64,000 nt of DNA from Alphaproteobacteria bacterium (GTDB taxonomy: Bacteria; Pseudomonadota; Alphaproteobacteria; SMXQ01), in NCBI GenBank assembly GCA_033720855.1, contig JAWWBR010000004.1:377-64376 (forward strand), read 5' to 3'. The position numbers and the translations under genes are program-made. This document shows, piece after piece, positions 53,886 through 64,000 of this stretch; position 1 is the first letter of the stretch, and each line of letters opens with the position of its first letter. The notes under the pieces were generated by a model that saw only the letters and a list, made by a program, of their open reading frames with translations, had not been told where the DNA came from and made no database searches.

Positions 53886-54709
53886 CACGCCCCTCCCGAC
53901 GGCGGCACCGGCGCCGGCGCGGTTTCGGGCAAACCCAAGGTGCGCTGAACCGCGCCGGTGATCATGGCGATCAGGCTCTCGACGCATTCCGGGGTGTAGT
54001 CGGTCCAGCCCATCCGCGCGCAGACCAGGTTTCGAGCGACCTGATAGATCATGCACTGTCCGACCACGTCGGTGGTCAGGAGCCGGGTTTCGGGCTCGGT
54101 GGCGGGCTTGCCGGTCGCCGCCGCGACCAGCTCCGCCACCGCGTCATGCATGGGATTGACCGCCTCCTCGAGGATCATGGGGAACTCTTCGGACGGTTGG
54201 GCGAACTCCCGCACCAAAAGCGCATGCTGCCACCTCAGGCGCTCGTTCATCAGGACCGTGGTCAGGGTATGGCGGACGAAGCGGGCGGCCAGATCGGAAA
54301 GGGCCCGGCGATCGCCCCGGGCGGACTTGATGTCGGCGCGCATGCGCGCCACCACCGGCTCGATGATCGGCGCAACGTCGATGATGATCTGGCGCATGAC
54401 CTCGTGGTAGAGGCCCTTCTTGCCGCCGAAATGGTAGCCGATGGCGGCCAAATTGACCCCCGCGCGCGCGGCGATGCGGCGGATGGTGACGGCGTCGAAC
54501 CCGTCGCGGGCGAACAGCTTTCCGGCTTCGTCGAGGATGCGCCCGCGGCTGGCATCGCCGCCGGGCCGCCCGGGGCCGCGCACCGACGCGGCGGCCGGGC
54601 GGGACACCCGCCCTCTCTTGGCCGGGACGGCGGCTTTTGCCCGCGCCGGCGCCCCCCGTTTCCCGCGACGGCGGGTGGTGCGGACCGGCGGTTTCGATCT
54701 TGTCGCCAT
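53885..54709 (-). CDS. TetR/AcrR family transcriptional regulator
   Basis: 274 aa; HTH GFDAVTIRRIAARAGVNLAAIGYHF preceded by long basic N-terminal tail; first gene of efflux operon. Confidence 0.85.
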   Translation of the reverse strand: MATRSKPPVRTTRRRGKRGAPARAKAAVPAKRGRVSRPAAASVRGPGRPGGDASRGRILDEAGKLFARDGFDAVTIRRIAARAGVNLAAIGYHFGGKKGLYHEVMRQIIIDVAPIIEPVVARMRADIKSARGDRRALSDLAARFVRHTLTTVLMNERLRWQHALLVREFAQPSEEFPMILEEAVNPMHDAVAELVAAATGKPATEPETRLLTTDVVGQCMIYQVARNLVCARMGWTDYTPECVESLIAMITGAVQRTLGLPETAPAPVPPSGGA

Positions 54710-54741
54710 GGTAGGTTCCCGGTGGCTGCGTTATTAATATT

Positions 54742-54751
54742 CAAACGTTTG
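54742..54751. promoter_or_regulatory. candidate TetR operator palindrome CAAACGTTTG in AT-rich promoter region
   Basis: Perfect 10-bp palindrome ~35 nt upstream of tetR start, within AT-rich stretch GTTATTAATATTCAAACGTTTGTTTAAAAATAT. Confidence 0.4.
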
Positions 54752-54838
54752 TTTAAAAATATCCGAAGTCGTGGTCTCCGGCAAGGTCGGATTGCGTGCC
54801 CGAAGACGCGCATAACGCCCGGCGCCGAAGCCCGGGCC

Positions 54839-55945
54839 TCAGTCTTCCAGCAGCCCGAGGACGGCGTCGGCGATGGCCAGCGACGAGGTCAGGCCCGGCG
54901 ATTCGATGCCGTAGAGGTTGACCAGGCCGGAAACCCCGTGATCCGCCGGACCCTGCAGGACGAAGTCCCGCGCCGCCTCTCCCGGCGCCTGGATCTTGGG
55001 GCGGATGCCCGAATAGGCCGGTTGCAGGCTGTCGTCGGGCAGACCCGGCCAATAGCGCCTGACCGCGTCATAGAAGCCCCGGCAGCGGCTTGGATCGACC
55101 GTGTAGTCGATCTCCGCCACCCATTCGACATCGGGTCCGAACTTGGCCTGGCCGGCGAGGTCGAGGGTCAGGTGCACGCCGAGCCCCGCGGCCTCGGGGG
55201 CCGGGTAGATCAGGTGGGTAAAGGGCGCGGCCCCGGCCAGGGAGAAGTAGCTGCCCTTGGCGAAATGCCGCGGCGGCACGGTGGCGGGATCGAGGCCGTC
55301 GATGCTGGCGGCCACCGGCTGGGCGAACAGCCCGGCGGAATTGACCACCGAGCGCGCCGCCAGCGTCATCGCGCCCGGCCCGCCGACATCGAGCTCGATC
55401 CCCGCTGCGCTGACGCGGCCGCCGACGAGCGGGCTTTTGAAGGCGATCACGGCACCCGCGTCCTCGGCCTCGCCCTGATAGGCGAGCATCAAGCCGTGGC
55501 TGTCGATGATCCCGGTGGAGGGCGAAAGCAGGGCGGCGACGCAGTCGAGGGCGGGCTCCATCGCCTTGGCGTCCGCCGCCGGCAGCCAACATAAATCGTC
55601 GACGCCGTTGGCCCGCGCCTTGGCCTCCAGCGCCCTGAGACCCGGAATCTGGTCCTCGCCGGTGGCGACGATCAGTTTGCCGCAGCGCCGGTGGCCGACG
55701 CCGTGCTCGGCGCAATAGGGGTAAAGCCGCTTGCGGCCGTCGACGCAGTAAAGCGCCTTGAGGCTGCCCGTCGGATAATAGATGCCGGCGTGGATGACCT
55801 CGGAATTCCGCGACGAGGTTCCCGTTCCGATCGCGTCCTCGGCCTCCAGAACGATCACCTCGCGCCCGGAAAGCGCCAGCGCCCGGGCGCAGGCCAAGCC
55901 CACCGCGCCGGCCCCGATCACCACTGCATCGACAGTTTCGGTCAT
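54839..55945 (-). CDS. FAD-dependent oxidoreductase, L-2-hydroxyglutarate dehydrogenase/oxidase (LhgO) family
   Basis: ORF 54839-56227; start at [20 protein letters not shown] (FAD dinucleotide motif) after AGGATGG; [17 protein letters not shown] matches LhgO SGVIHAGVYYTPGSLKA. Confidence 0.75.
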   Translation of the reverse strand: MTETVDAVVIGAGAVGLACARALALSGREVIVLEAEDAIGTGTSSRNSEVIHAGIYYPTGSLKALYCVDGRKRLYPYCAEHGVGHRRCGKLIVATGEDQIPGLRALEAKARANGVDDLCWLPAADAKAMEPALDCVAALLSPSTGIIDSHGLMLAYQGEAEDAGAVIAFKSPLVGGRVSAAGIELDVGGPGAMTLAARSVVNSAGLFAQPVAASIDGLDPATVPPRHFAKGSYFSLAGAAPFTHLIYPAPEAAGLGVHLTLDLAGQAKFGPDVEWVAEIDYTVDPSRCRGFYDAVRRYWPGLPDDSLQPAYSGIRPKIQAPGEAARDFVLQGPADHGVSGLVNLYGIESPGLTSSLAIADAVLGLLED

Positions 55946-56157
55946 CGACCATCCTTCTGAAAAACGCGGCGAGAATACCGGATTCGCGGCGAAAGGGAAC
56001 CGGGGGGGCGCGGCCGGACAACAAGAGGTTGCGGCAAGAGCGCCACCACGACTACCCTGCCCGGGGGCGCCATCGCGCCTTCGCCGGACACCCCGCGCCG
56101 GCCCACGGGCCGCTGCTTGTGGCGGTGTCGTGGAGATCCAGGCCGAGAGGAGTTTTC

Positions 56158-57357
56158 GTGTCCGATTCCGAGGGGCCGCCGCCGGCCAGTCCGATCCCCG
56201 CCACCGGGACGCGGGCCGCCGCCGCATCCGGCGCCGATGCCGCGGCCGAGCCCCAACACCGCTTCACCTACGAAGGCGATACCGCCGACCTCTGGCCGAT
56301 GACGCTGAAGATCGCCCTGCTCAACCTGGTGACGCTCTTCTTCTACCGGTTCTGGGGCCGCACCCGGGTGCGCCAGTACCTTTGGGGACGGACCTCCCTG
56401 CTGGGCGACCGGTTCGTCTATACCGGGACCGGCAAGGAGATGTTCCTCGGCTTCGTCATCGTCTTCTTCGTCGTCCTGCTGCCGATCTTTGCCGCCTCGG
56501 CCTATGTCGTCCTCTACTGGAGCGAGGACATGGGGGCCCAGATGGCGTTCTTCTACGGGCTCGGGGCGGTCACCTATTTCCTTTTCTTCGTCGCCTCCTA
56601 CCGGGCGCTGCGCTATCGCCTGAGCCGCACCAACTGGCGGGGAATCCGCGGCAACCAGACCGGTTCCGCCGTGGTCTACGCGCTCAAGGCGTTCGGCTGG
56701 CTGCTTCTGGTCCCGCTCACCATGGGACTGCTCTATCCGGTGCAGAGCGTCTCGCTCACCGGCACGCGGCTGAAAAACGCCTGGTTCGGCGACCGCCAAT
56801 TCGCCTTCGAGAGCGAGGGCCGCAGCGGCCTGCTCTACGGTCCCTATTTGCGGGCCTGGCTCGGCTTCATCTTCAAACCCTTCGGCATCGTCATCCTGGC
56901 CCTTCTGGTCATCGCCCTGGCGCTATGGGCACTCGGTATCGACCTTCCCGGCCGCTTCGCCGGGGCCAGGGAGGGGGAACCGGTCCAGTTGGATCTCGGG
57001 TTCGGCCTGTTTCTCGTCATCTGGGGGCTGGTCGCCCTCGGCTGGCTCAGGACCTATACCCGCTACAAGGCCAGGGAGCTTGCGATCATGGCCGACTGGG
57101 TCCGCTTCGGGCGCTTGCGCTTCCGCTTCGATGCGGACCACAACCAGCTCTTTCGCCTGGTCTTCGGCAATATCCTGATCACGGCGCTGACCCTCGGTTT
57201 CGGGAGGCCGTTCGCGCAGAACCGGATGGTACGGTTCATCGCCCGGCACCTCACCGTGGTCGGTGTGCCTGACCTCGACACCCTGGGCCAGAGCACCGGC
57301 AGGGCCCCGGGCATGGGCGAGGGATTGGCGGACGCGTTCGATGCGGGCTCCATCTAG
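56158..57357 (+). CDS. DUF898 (YjgN-like) family membrane protein
   Basis: ORF 56029-57357; GTG start after GAGAGGAG; repeated Fx(Y/F)xG(D/T)...LxxxxxT.G motifs and multiple TM helices typical of DUF898. Confidence 0.65.
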   Translation: MSDSEGPPPASPIPATGTRAAAASGADAAAEPQHRFTYEGDTADLWPMTLKIALLNLVTLFFYRFWGRTRVRQYLWGRTSLLGDRFVYTGTGKEMFLGFVIVFFVVLLPIFAASAYVVLYWSEDMGAQMAFFYGLGAVTYFLFFVASYRALRYRLSRTNWRGIRGNQTGSAVVYALKAFGWLLLVPLTMGLLYPVQSVSLTGTRLKNAWFGDRQFAFESEGRSGLLYGPYLRAWLGFIFKPFGIVILALLVIALALWALGIDLPGRFAGAREGEPVQLDLGFGLFLVIWGLVALGWLRTYTRYKARELAIMADWVRFGRLRFRFDADHNQLFRLVFGNILITALTLGFGRPFAQNRMVRFIARHLTVVGVPDLDTLGQSTGRAPGMGEGLADAFDAGSI

Positions 57358-58444
57358 GGACGGGCGGACCCGGGTTCACGGGTCGTTTTTCGACGGGGTG
57401 ACGGCCGCCGCCAAGCCGGTCACCGTCAGCGTGCTCGGCACCGGCATCCAGATCTACGGCGAGGGCGGCGTTTCCTGCGGAAATTGGCCCTATGGCGGCA
57501 TGCGCACGGCACCCGGCGTGGCGCCGGAAACCGAGCTCAACCTCCTGCACCGGGATCATCCCGACGCCCGCCTGGTGATCACCGATGCCGGCGTCTTGGG
57601 CCAGATCCGGACCATCGCCCCACAGGTTCTCCCCCGGGAAGAGAGGCAGCACGGTCTTGCCCACAGGCTTGCCCTGATCGCCCTGATCATCGCCATCCTC
57701 GCCGGCCTGGTCTTCGTCGTCATCCCCCAGGGCGCCCATGTCATCGCCGGCGCCATCCCGGTGGATTGGGAAACCGCCTGGGGCAAGTCCTTCCGGACCC
57801 GCTTGTCCGCCAGCGCCAAGGTCTGCGGCAACCGGCGCGGCGCGGACGCGCTCGAGCAACTCGCGGCCAAGCTGCTCGCCACCGAAGCGGCGCGGGCCGG
57901 CGGCTACGACATCGACATCACGGTCATCGAGGCAAAGGCGCAGAACGCCTTCGCCACCCTTGGCGGCCAGATCGTCCTGTTCTCCGATCTGATCGAGAAG
58001 ATGGAGGGCCCCGACGAACTGGCCGGCGTTCTCGCCCACGAGATCGCCCATGTCGTCGCCCGGCACCCCCTCACCCACGCCATCGAGGCGCTTGCCGCCA
58101 CCACCCTCGCCGCCATGTTCGGCGGCGGCGGCGACATGGGCGGCAGCGCGGCGGGGGTCGGCGGGGCACTGGCGGTCAGCGCCTACAGCCGCGCCATGGA
58201 GGCCGAAGCCGACGCCATCGCCCAGAACATCCTTGCCCAGGCGCGGATCTCGCCCAACGGGCTTGCCGATTTCTTCGCCCGCCTGAAGCGGACCGAGACG
58301 GTCACCAGCGGCGGGGCGCTGGCGCTGTTCGACAGCCACCCGGACCTGGCGGAGCGGGCGGCCAGGCTGCGCGACGATACGGGATCGACGGCGCCCGCGC
58401 TCGGCCCCCGTGAATGGCGCCAATTGAAGACGATCTGCGGCTGA
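57341..58444 (+). CDS. M48 family metallopeptidase
   Basis: ORF 57263-58444; HEIAHV zinc-binding HExxH and downstream E; TM anchor LIALIIAILAGLVFVVI; ATG 57341 overlaps DUF898 3' end by 17 nt; start uncertain. Confidence 0.7.
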   Translation: MRAPSRDGRTRVHGSFFDGVTAAAKPVTVSVLGTGIQIYGEGGVSCGNWPYGGMRTAPGVAPETELNLLHRDHPDARLVITDAGVLGQIRTIAPQVLPREERQHGLAHRLALIALIIAILAGLVFVVIPQGAHVIAGAIPVDWETAWGKSFRTRLSASAKVCGNRRGADALEQLAAKLLATEAARAGGYDIDITVIEAKAQNAFATLGGQIVLFSDLIEKMEGPDELAGVLAHEIAHVVARHPLTHAIEALAATTLAAMFGGGGDMGGSAAGVGGALAVSAYSRAMEAEADAIAQNILAQARISPNGLADFFARLKRTETVTSGGALALFDSHPDLAERAARLRDDTGSTAPALGPREWRQLKTICG

Positions 58445-58468
58445 CGCTTTGCGCCCGTACCGAATTCA

Positions 58469-58497
58469 TTGTTTTCTCAAGGCTCTTGCCCATATAT
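58469..58497 (+). promoter_or_regulatory. candidate sigma-70 promoter for typA
   Basis: TTGTTT -N17- ATATAT about 50 nt upstream of typA ATG. Confidence 0.35.
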
Positions 58498-58546
58498 AGG
58501 CCCGGCCGCCCAAGGCCAGCCCGATCAATCACGGTTCCGCGTATCC

Positions 58547-60373
58547 ATGGACATCCGCAACATCGCCATCATCGCCCATGTGGATCATGGCAAGACCACC
58601 CTGGTGGATTGCCTGCTCCGCGAATCGGGCGCCTTCCGCGCCGGCCAGAAGGTCGCCGAACGGGCGCTCGATTCCGGCGACATCGAGCGCGAGCGCGGCA
58701 TCACCATCCTCGCCAAATGCACCTCGGTGGCCTGGCGCGGCGTGCGCATCAACATCGTCGACACCCCCGGCCATGCCGATTTCGGCGGCGAGGTCGAGCG
58801 CGTGCTGTCCATGGTCGACGGCGTCCTGGTGCTGGTCGACGCCGCCGAGGGGCCGATGCCCCAGACCAAGTTCGTCCTCGGCAAGGCGCTGGCCCTCGGC
58901 CTCGCCCCCATCGTCGTCATCAACAAGACCGACCGCGCCGACGCCCGCCCCTTCGAGGTCCAGGACGAAACCTTCGACCTGATGGCGGCGCTGGGCGCCG
59001 ACGAGCGCCAACTGGATTTCCCGACCCTGTTCGCCTCGGCCAAGCAGGGCTGGGCCGCGGCCGAGCCCGAGGGTGCGCGCGAGACCATGGTCCCGCTCCT
59101 CGATCTCATCCTCGATCACGTGGCAGCGCCCGAGGTCAATGGCGACGCGCCGTTCCGCATGCTGGTGACGACCCTGGAATACGACCCCTATCTCGGGCGC
59201 ATCCTCACCGGGCGCATCTCCGACGGCGCGGCGCGGGTGAACCAGCCGATCCATGCCGTCGACCGCGAGGGCGACGTGATCGAGAGCGGGCGCATCGTCC
59301 AGCTCCTGGCCTTCCGCGGGCTGGAGCGCACCCCCATCGAGACGGCGGAGGCCGGCGACATCGTCGCCATCGCCGGGCTGGCCAAGGCATCGGTGGCCGA
59401 CACCCTCTCCGATCCCGCCATCGCCGAGCCGCTGGCCGCCCAGCCGGTCGATCCGCCGACCCTGGCGATGACCTTTTCGGTCAACGATTCGCCCCTGGCC
59501 GGGCGCGACGGCGACAAGGTCACGTCGCGGCTGATCGGCGCCCGTCTCGCGCGCGAGGCCGAGGGCAACGTCGCTATCCGCGTCGCCGAGGGGGACGGCG
59601 CCGGCGCCTTCGAGGTGGCCGGGCGCGGCGAACTGCAGATCGCGGTGCTTATCGAGACCATGCGCCGGGAGGGATTCGAGCTTTCGGTCTCGCGCCCCCG
59701 GGTGCTTTACCGCGAGGATCCGGAAACCGGCCGGCGCCTGGAGCCGATGGAAGAGGTGGTCATCGACGTCGACGAGGCATTCGCCGGCGCGGTGGTGGAA
59801 AAGCTGGGCCAGCGCCGCGGTGAGCTCACCGACCTCAGGCCCACCGGCGGCGACAAGCAGCGCCTCACCTTCCTCGCCCCGACCCGGGCGCTGATCGGCT
59901 ATCACTCGGAATTCCTGACCGATACCCGCGGCACCGGCGTGATGAACCGGGTGTTCGCGGGCTATGCCCCCTACAAGGGGGAGATCAAGGGCCGCCACTC
60001 GGGCGTGCTGGTCGCCAACGGCCAGGGGACGACGGTGCCCTATGCGCTTTGGAACCTGGAGGAGCGCGGACGGCTCTTCGTCGGCCCCGGCGAAGAGACC
60101 TACGCCGGCATGATCATCGGCGAACACAGCCGCGGCAACGACCTCGACGTCAACCCGCTCCGTGCCAAGCAGCTCACCAATATCCGCGCCGCCGGCAAGG
60201 ACGAGGCGGTGACCCTCACGCCGCCGCTGCGCTTCTCGCTGGAGGAGGCCATCGCCTATATCGACGACGACGAGCTGGTGGAGGTGACGCCCAAGACCTT
60301 CCGCCTGCGCAAGCGGCTGCTCGATATCAACGACCGCAAGCGCGCCGCCCGACAAAAGGAAGCCGCGGGGTAG
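58547..60373 (+). CDS. typA: translational GTPase TypA/BipA
   Basis: ORF 58469-60373; start at [21 protein letters not shown] (G1 motif), [12 protein letters not shown]; 608 aa. Confidence 0.95.
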   Translation: MDIRNIAIIAHVDHGKTTLVDCLLRESGAFRAGQKVAERALDSGDIERERGITILAKCTSVAWRGVRINIVDTPGHADFGGEVERVLSMVDGVLVLVDAAEGPMPQTKFVLGKALALGLAPIVVINKTDRADARPFEVQDETFDLMAALGADERQLDFPTLFASAKQGWAAAEPEGARETMVPLLDLILDHVAAPEVNGDAPFRMLVTTLEYDPYLGRILTGRISDGAARVNQPIHAVDREGDVIESGRIVQLLAFRGLERTPIETAEAGDIVAIAGLAKASVADTLSDPAIAEPLAAQPVDPPTLAMTFSVNDSPLAGRDGDKVTSRLIGARLAREAEGNVAIRVAEGDGAGAFEVAGRGELQIAVLIETMRREGFELSVSRPRVLYREDPETGRRLEPMEEVVIDVDEAFAGAVVEKLGQRRGELTDLRPTGGDKQRLTFLAPTRALIGYHSEFLTDTRGTGVMNRVFAGYAPYKGEIKGRHSGVLVANGQGTTVPYALWNLEERGRLFVGPGEETYAGMIIGEHSRGNDLDVNPLRAKQLTNIRAAGKDEAVTLTPPLRFSLEEAIAYIDDDELVEVTPKTFRLRKRLLDINDRKRAARQKEAAG

Positions 60374-60428
60374 GTTGCCCCGCCCCGCGGCCCGCAATTC
60401 CCCGAAATCCGGGAATCGGGTCCGTGCC

Positions 60429-60905
60429 CTATTTCACCACGGCCGAGTAGCCGCCGCTCATGGAGCCGGCATCGGCGAGCTTCTTGGGCGCCGAATCGGT
60501 GCGCCCCGAGAGCTTCGCGCCGGCTTCGTGGAAGCCCTGGACCAGCATCACCTCGGCGTCGCCCTCGCCGACATTGTCGAACCAGTAGCGCGCGTTGCGC
60601 GGGATGATGACGCCCTCCATGGGGCCGCATTCGGCGATCACCTCGTCGCCGGGCCCGTAGAAGCGGATGCGGCCCGAGAGCACCGTGAACATGCCGTCCA
60701 CCTTGGTGTGGTAATGGAGGTTGTTCTCCCCGCCCTGATGGATCACCTGGACCTGGGCGCGGACCACGTCGGTCTGGCCCAGGCGCACGGAGATCTTGGG
60801 GCGGTCGAAATCCTCGGGTTTCTTGTAGCTGAACTTGACGACCTTGGCCTCGGCATCCAAGTGGTCCTGTTCGGTCAGGCCGTCGCGTTCCGATGTCATC
60901 GTCAT
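60429..60905 (-). CDS. cupin domain-containing protein
   Basis: 158 aa; double-stranded beta-helix motifs (HYHTKVDGMFTVLSGRIRFY...). Confidence 0.6.
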   Translation of the reverse strand: MTMTSERDGLTEQDHLDAEAKVVKFSYKKPEDFDRPKISVRLGQTDVVRAQVQVIHQGGENNLHYHTKVDGMFTVLSGRIRFYGPGDEVIAECGPMEGVIIPRNARYWFDNVGEGDAEVMLVQGFHEAGAKLSGRTDSAPKKLADAGSMSGGYSAVVK

Positions 60906-60980
60906 GGAAATCTCCTTAAGCGTTTCTCTCCGTTGTCGTTGCCGGGACTATACCAGACACGGCCGATTCGTAAAATCCGA

Positions 60981-61328
60981 CTAGTAGCCCTCGATCACCT
61001 CGCCGTCGATCTCATAGAGCCCGGCCCGGTCGATCACCTCGAGCGCCCAGATGTCGGGATCGAACTCGCCCTGGCGGGCGATATAGGCGTCGGCTTCCGA
61101 TTCGTCGACCGGCTCGGGCCCGAGCGGCCTCAACCAGGCGCGGCCGCCCGCCGGCGCCGTGGTCTGGGTCAGCAGGTCGGCGCGGCCGTCGGCGCCCAAG
61201 ATCTTGAGGACGATGGAGCCGCCGTCATCATCGCCGCGCCGCAGCACGGTCAGGGTCAGCCCCGCCCGATCGCAGAGCCGCAACTGGGCCTTCACCCAAA
61301 TGCCGGGCTTGAGGCGGGCCTCAGCCAT
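60981..61328 (-). CDS. small conserved hypothetical protein (DUF1491-like)
   Basis: ORF 60981-61343; ~115 aa; pattern IWVKAQLRLCD...VLRRGDDDGGSIVLKI resembles alphaproteobacterial DUF1491; tentative. Confidence 0.4.
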   Translation of the reverse strand: MAEARLKPGIWVKAQLRLCDRAGLTLTVLRRGDDDGGSIVLKILGADGRADLLTQTTAPAGGRAWLRPLGPEPVDESEADAYIARQGEFDPDIWALEVIDRAGLYEIDGEVIEGY

Positions 61329-61406
61329 CGGCGGGCGCGCCAAGACCGGGTTGTCCAGCCGCGGTCGGCATCTCTATAATCGGGTCAAACGTCAAGGGAG
61401 TTCGCC

Positions 61407-61793
61407 ATGATCAAAATGAAGGGCCTGACCCATTTCACCATCCCCGTTACCGACCTGCAACGCTCCAAGGATTTCTACGTCAATACGCTCGGCTTCAAGT
61501 TCGAGCGCGAAAATCGCCACATGGTGTTCGTGAGCTGCCAGGACGATTATTTCGTCCTCACGCTGTCGGAGAATCCCATCGACCCCAACAAGGGCGACAA
61601 GCACGACATCCACACCGCCTTCTACGTCGACGCGGACGAATACGACCGCGCCGCCGAGTATCTCAAGGAAAAGGGCATCCGCATCATCATGGACGAGGAA
61701 CGCCACGGCGATGCGACCTTCACCGGGCGCTCCATGTATTTCCACGATCCCGACCGCAACGTGCTCGAGCTGCACGATTCCGACAAGGACTGA
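61407..61793 (+). CDS. VOC (glyoxalase/bleomycin resistance/dioxygenase) family protein
   Basis: 128 aa; HFTIPVTDLQRSKDFYVNTLGF... and ELHD metal-ligand pattern. Confidence 0.8.
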   Translation: MIKMKGLTHFTIPVTDLQRSKDFYVNTLGFKFERENRHMVFVSCQDDYFVLTLSENPIDPNKGDKHDIHTAFYVDADEYDRAAEYLKEKGIRIIMDEERHGDATFTGRSMYFHDPDRNVLELHDSDKD

Positions 61794-61835
61794 GCGACAC
61801 AAGGCAACGCCCTGCCGGACGCGGGGCCAGCGCAG

Positions 61836-61857
61836 AGGGCGGCCCGGGGGCCGCCCT
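61836..61857. terminator. GC-rich hairpin between convergent VOC and amidohydrolase genes
   Basis: AGGGCGGCCC-gg-GGGCCGCCCT inverted repeat; weak T-tract. Confidence 0.35.
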
Positions 61858-61879
61858 TCGTCATTGTCACAGCCCGCGG

Positions 61880-62929
61880 CTAATTGAGCCCGTAGAGGCG
61901 CACCGAGTTGGGGCCGAGGATCTTGTCGATGCTTGCGGCCGCGACCTCGCCGCTTTCGCGCACGATGCGCAAGGCCTCGATCTCGGCCGAGGTATCGGTG
62001 TGGCCGTAATCGGTGCCGACCACCAGATTGTCGTCGCCGACGCGGTTGATGATGTAGGGGATGTCGTCGGTGACCTCGATCGTGACATAGATGTTGTTGG
62101 CGCCAAGGGGATCTGCGTCCAGCCGCCTGCCCTTGCGCTTCAAGCGCTTGCCGGCGTCGATCAGGGCGTGGGGCAGCCAGCTGGCCGAGGCCTCGATGAA
62201 GCCCCAGCGCAGCTCGGGGAAGCGCTTCGGCACTTCGAATTCCAACAGCCCGTGGAAGCTCGCCGCCATCGAGGCCTTGAAGCGGGCGAAGTTGTGGGGC
62301 TCCAAGAACTTGTTGTTGGTGACCGAGCCGTTGCCGGCGTGGAAGGTAATGGCGAGATCGAGGTCCTGGGCGGCCTCGTAAAGCGGGAAGAAGAAGGATT
62401 CGAAGGACAGGCGGTCGCATTCATAGGGCCTCAGGAACACCGAAACGGCGCCGTTTTCCTTGCAGAACTCGAGCTCCTCGCGCAGCCGGTGCATGGAATT
62501 GAGCGGCACCATGCAGGCCCAGTAGAGGCGGTCCGGGGCCTGCTTCCAGATATCGGCGAGCCACTGGTTGTAGGCATGGTAGAGCGCGAACTCCCCGGCG
62601 GCGTCGGTGTCGCAGGGGGACAGGAAAATCGTCGTGTACAGCACCTGAACGTCGATGCCGAGCTGATCCATATGGTCGAGCCTTCGCTTGACGTCGGCCA
62701 TCTCGCGGGATTCGCCCGGCAGATCCTCGAAATTGATATTGCTGTCCGACGGCTGGATGTTGGTGCCGAACGCCCAAAACTGCTTCGACACCCCGCCGCG
62801 GTTGGTCTGCCGTTCGGCGCCGCTGACCTGTTCCAGGATCATGGGCGCGTATTTGCGGTCGTCGTCTGACAGATACGCCCAGGTCAGGTCGTTTTCGATG
62901 ACATGGGCATCGGCATCTATGACGGTCAT
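61880..62929 (-). CDS. amidohydrolase family 2 (PF04909-like) metal-dependent hydrolase
   Basis: ORF 61880-63109; start at MTVIDADAHVIEND (HxH metal site) after AGGAGG; paralog of 3767-5233. Confidence 0.75.
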   Translation of the reverse strand: MTVIDADAHVIENDLTWAYLSDDDRKYAPMILEQVSGAERQTNRGGVSKQFWAFGTNIQPSDSNINFEDLPGESREMADVKRRLDHMDQLGIDVQVLYTTIFLSPCDTDAAGEFALYHAYNQWLADIWKQAPDRLYWACMVPLNSMHRLREELEFCKENGAVSVFLRPYECDRLSFESFFFPLYEAAQDLDLAITFHAGNGSVTNNKFLEPHNFARFKASMAASFHGLLEFEVPKRFPELRWGFIEASASWLPHALIDAGKRLKRKGRRLDADPLGANNIYVTIEVTDDIPYIINRVGDDNLVVGTDYGHTDTSAEIEALRIVRESGEVAAASIDKILGPNSVRLYGLN

Positions 62930-63421
62930 CCGGTCCTCCTGGGGTGTCGCTTCGCGGCCCGCTCGATTGCTTCGAACGCGCACCATTCTACCCCCAAGCC
63001 GGTACGGGGCAAGCGGCAAACCGGGCGCCCGAAGGCCCCGCTCCGGTGCCGCGACGGCGCGCGCCCGAGATCGGTTACGGACCTCTATAGCGCTTAATAG
63101 ATCAATCAATTCAGATGATTAAACATTGTAATTAAAATTCGATCTCAGGAGTGGGCTCGGCGCCGAAGGGGGATCCATGCGTGGCCCGCCCCGATTTGCG
63201 AATGAATTGCAATTTTTCCTCCACCTTTGGCGGCAAAGTCGATAATATCCGGCCCAGCCAGTCACGCGCCCAGCCACCGGCGGCGGCGCCTTCAACGAAG
63301 CGGCGGCCTATCTATGGTCCCTCGACCCGGCATTCCGGCGCCCGGTCGCGTTGTGACGGGATTTGGTTCGAGTCAAATCTTGGGGACCAAGGGACGCGCC
63401 GAAAGGACAGCACGAAGACAT

Positions 63422-64000
63422 ATGGAAGCATTCACCGAAAAATTTGGCATCGGCCAGCCGGTTCGCCGCAAGGAGGATCAACGCCTGCTGACCGGCGGCG
63501 GCAAATATACCGACGACATCAACATAGAGGGCCAGGCCTACCTCGCCTTCCTGCGCTCGCCCTATGCCCACGCGCGCATCAAGGACATCGACACCTCCGC
63601 CGCCGCCGAAGCCCCCGGTGTGCTGGCCGTCTATACCGGCAAGGACCTGGAAAACGACGGCGTCGGGCGGGTCGAAACGGATATTCCGCTGACCGAGCGC
63701 GACGGCACCCCCATCTTCAAGACCCAGCGCCTGGCCCTGCCCACGGACAAGCTGCGGTTCGTCGGCGAGCCGGTCGCGGTGGTGGTGGCCGAAACGCCTT
63801 ACCAGGCGCGGGACGCGGTCGACCTCATCACCCTCGATGTCGAGGACCTGCCGGCGGTGGTGACGGCGCGCCAGGCGGCCGCCCAAGGCGCCGCCGCGAT
63901 CCATGACGAAAAGCCCGACAACTGCGCCCTGCACTGGGAAAACGACACCCCGGACGCCTATGAGGCCGCCGCCGCCAAGGCCCACAAGATCGTGAAGATC
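63422..64000 (+). CDS. xanthine dehydrogenase/CO dehydrogenase family molybdopterin-binding large subunit (CoxL-like), N-terminal part; continues past window
   Basis: Not in ORF track (no stop in window); hand translation MEAFTEKFGIGQPVRRKEDQRLLTGGGKYTDDINIEGQAYLAFLRSPYAHARIKDID... is the canonical N-terminus of this family. Confidence 0.75.
   Translation, partial: MEAFTEKFGIGQPVRRKEDQRLLTGGGKYTDDINIEGQAYLAFLRSPYAHARIKDIDTSAAAEAPGVLAVYTGKDLENDGVGRVETDIPLTERDGTPIFKTQRLALPTDKLRFVGEPVAVVVAETPYQARDAVDLITLDVEDLPAVVTARQAAAQGAAAIHDEKPDNCALHWENDTPDAYEAAAAKAHKIVKI

Noticed and set aside
63151-63906. ORF 63151-63906 (+) and 63308-63985 (-) near the window end
   Set aside because: Both overlap and are out of frame with the hand-translated CoxL-like N-terminus starting at 63422. 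That N-terminus has a canonical family sequence, and the listed ORFs are low-complexity.

Overview
This window is a high-GC (about 65-70%) chromosomal segment, probably from an alphaproteobacterium of the Rhodospirillales or Rhizobiales type. It is gene-dense on both strands, and most long antisense ORFs in the six-frame track are GC artefacts. I support about 57 protein-coding genes and one tRNA-His(GTG). Recognisable core loci are katG, glnB-glnA with a sigma-54-type promoter, parE, a DEAD-box RNA helicase, and a complete Rrf2-regulated SUF operon (sufB, C, D, S, U, T, A). Further core loci are dusA translationally coupled to a tetR - RND adaptor - RND permease efflux operon, typA/bipA, an MscS channel, a CorA/ZntB-type transporter and a QuiC-like 3-dehydroshikimate dehydratase fusion. 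The rest is accessory and catabolic: MmgE/PrpD, a class II aldolase, two amidohydrolase-2 paralogs, several SDRs, tandem TauD/TfdA dioxygenases, an MDR dehydrogenase, a dienelactone hydrolase, a desaturase and a CoxL-like molybdoenzyme partial at the 3' edge. The most unusual feature is six orphan Bug/TctC-family periplasmic solute-binding proteins, none with an adjacent TctA/TctB gene. Five of them carry an undescribed C-terminal extension of about 90-100 aa that is lysine-rich and ends in two conserved cysteines. Three of these form a tandem array (31.3-35.6 kb) whose 3' modules and GC-hairpin terminators are nearly identical in nucleotide sequence. Other notable items are an overlapping DUF898(YjgN)-M48 peptidase pair, an orphan Rap1a/Tai4-like periplasmic gene beside tRNA-His, an AT-rich 48-nt inverted repeat after the suf operon, and a candidate TetR operator. 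No CRISPR, transposase or integrase was found. CDS coordinates come from ORF-track arithmetic; hand-read motif coordinates are good to about +/-2 nt.
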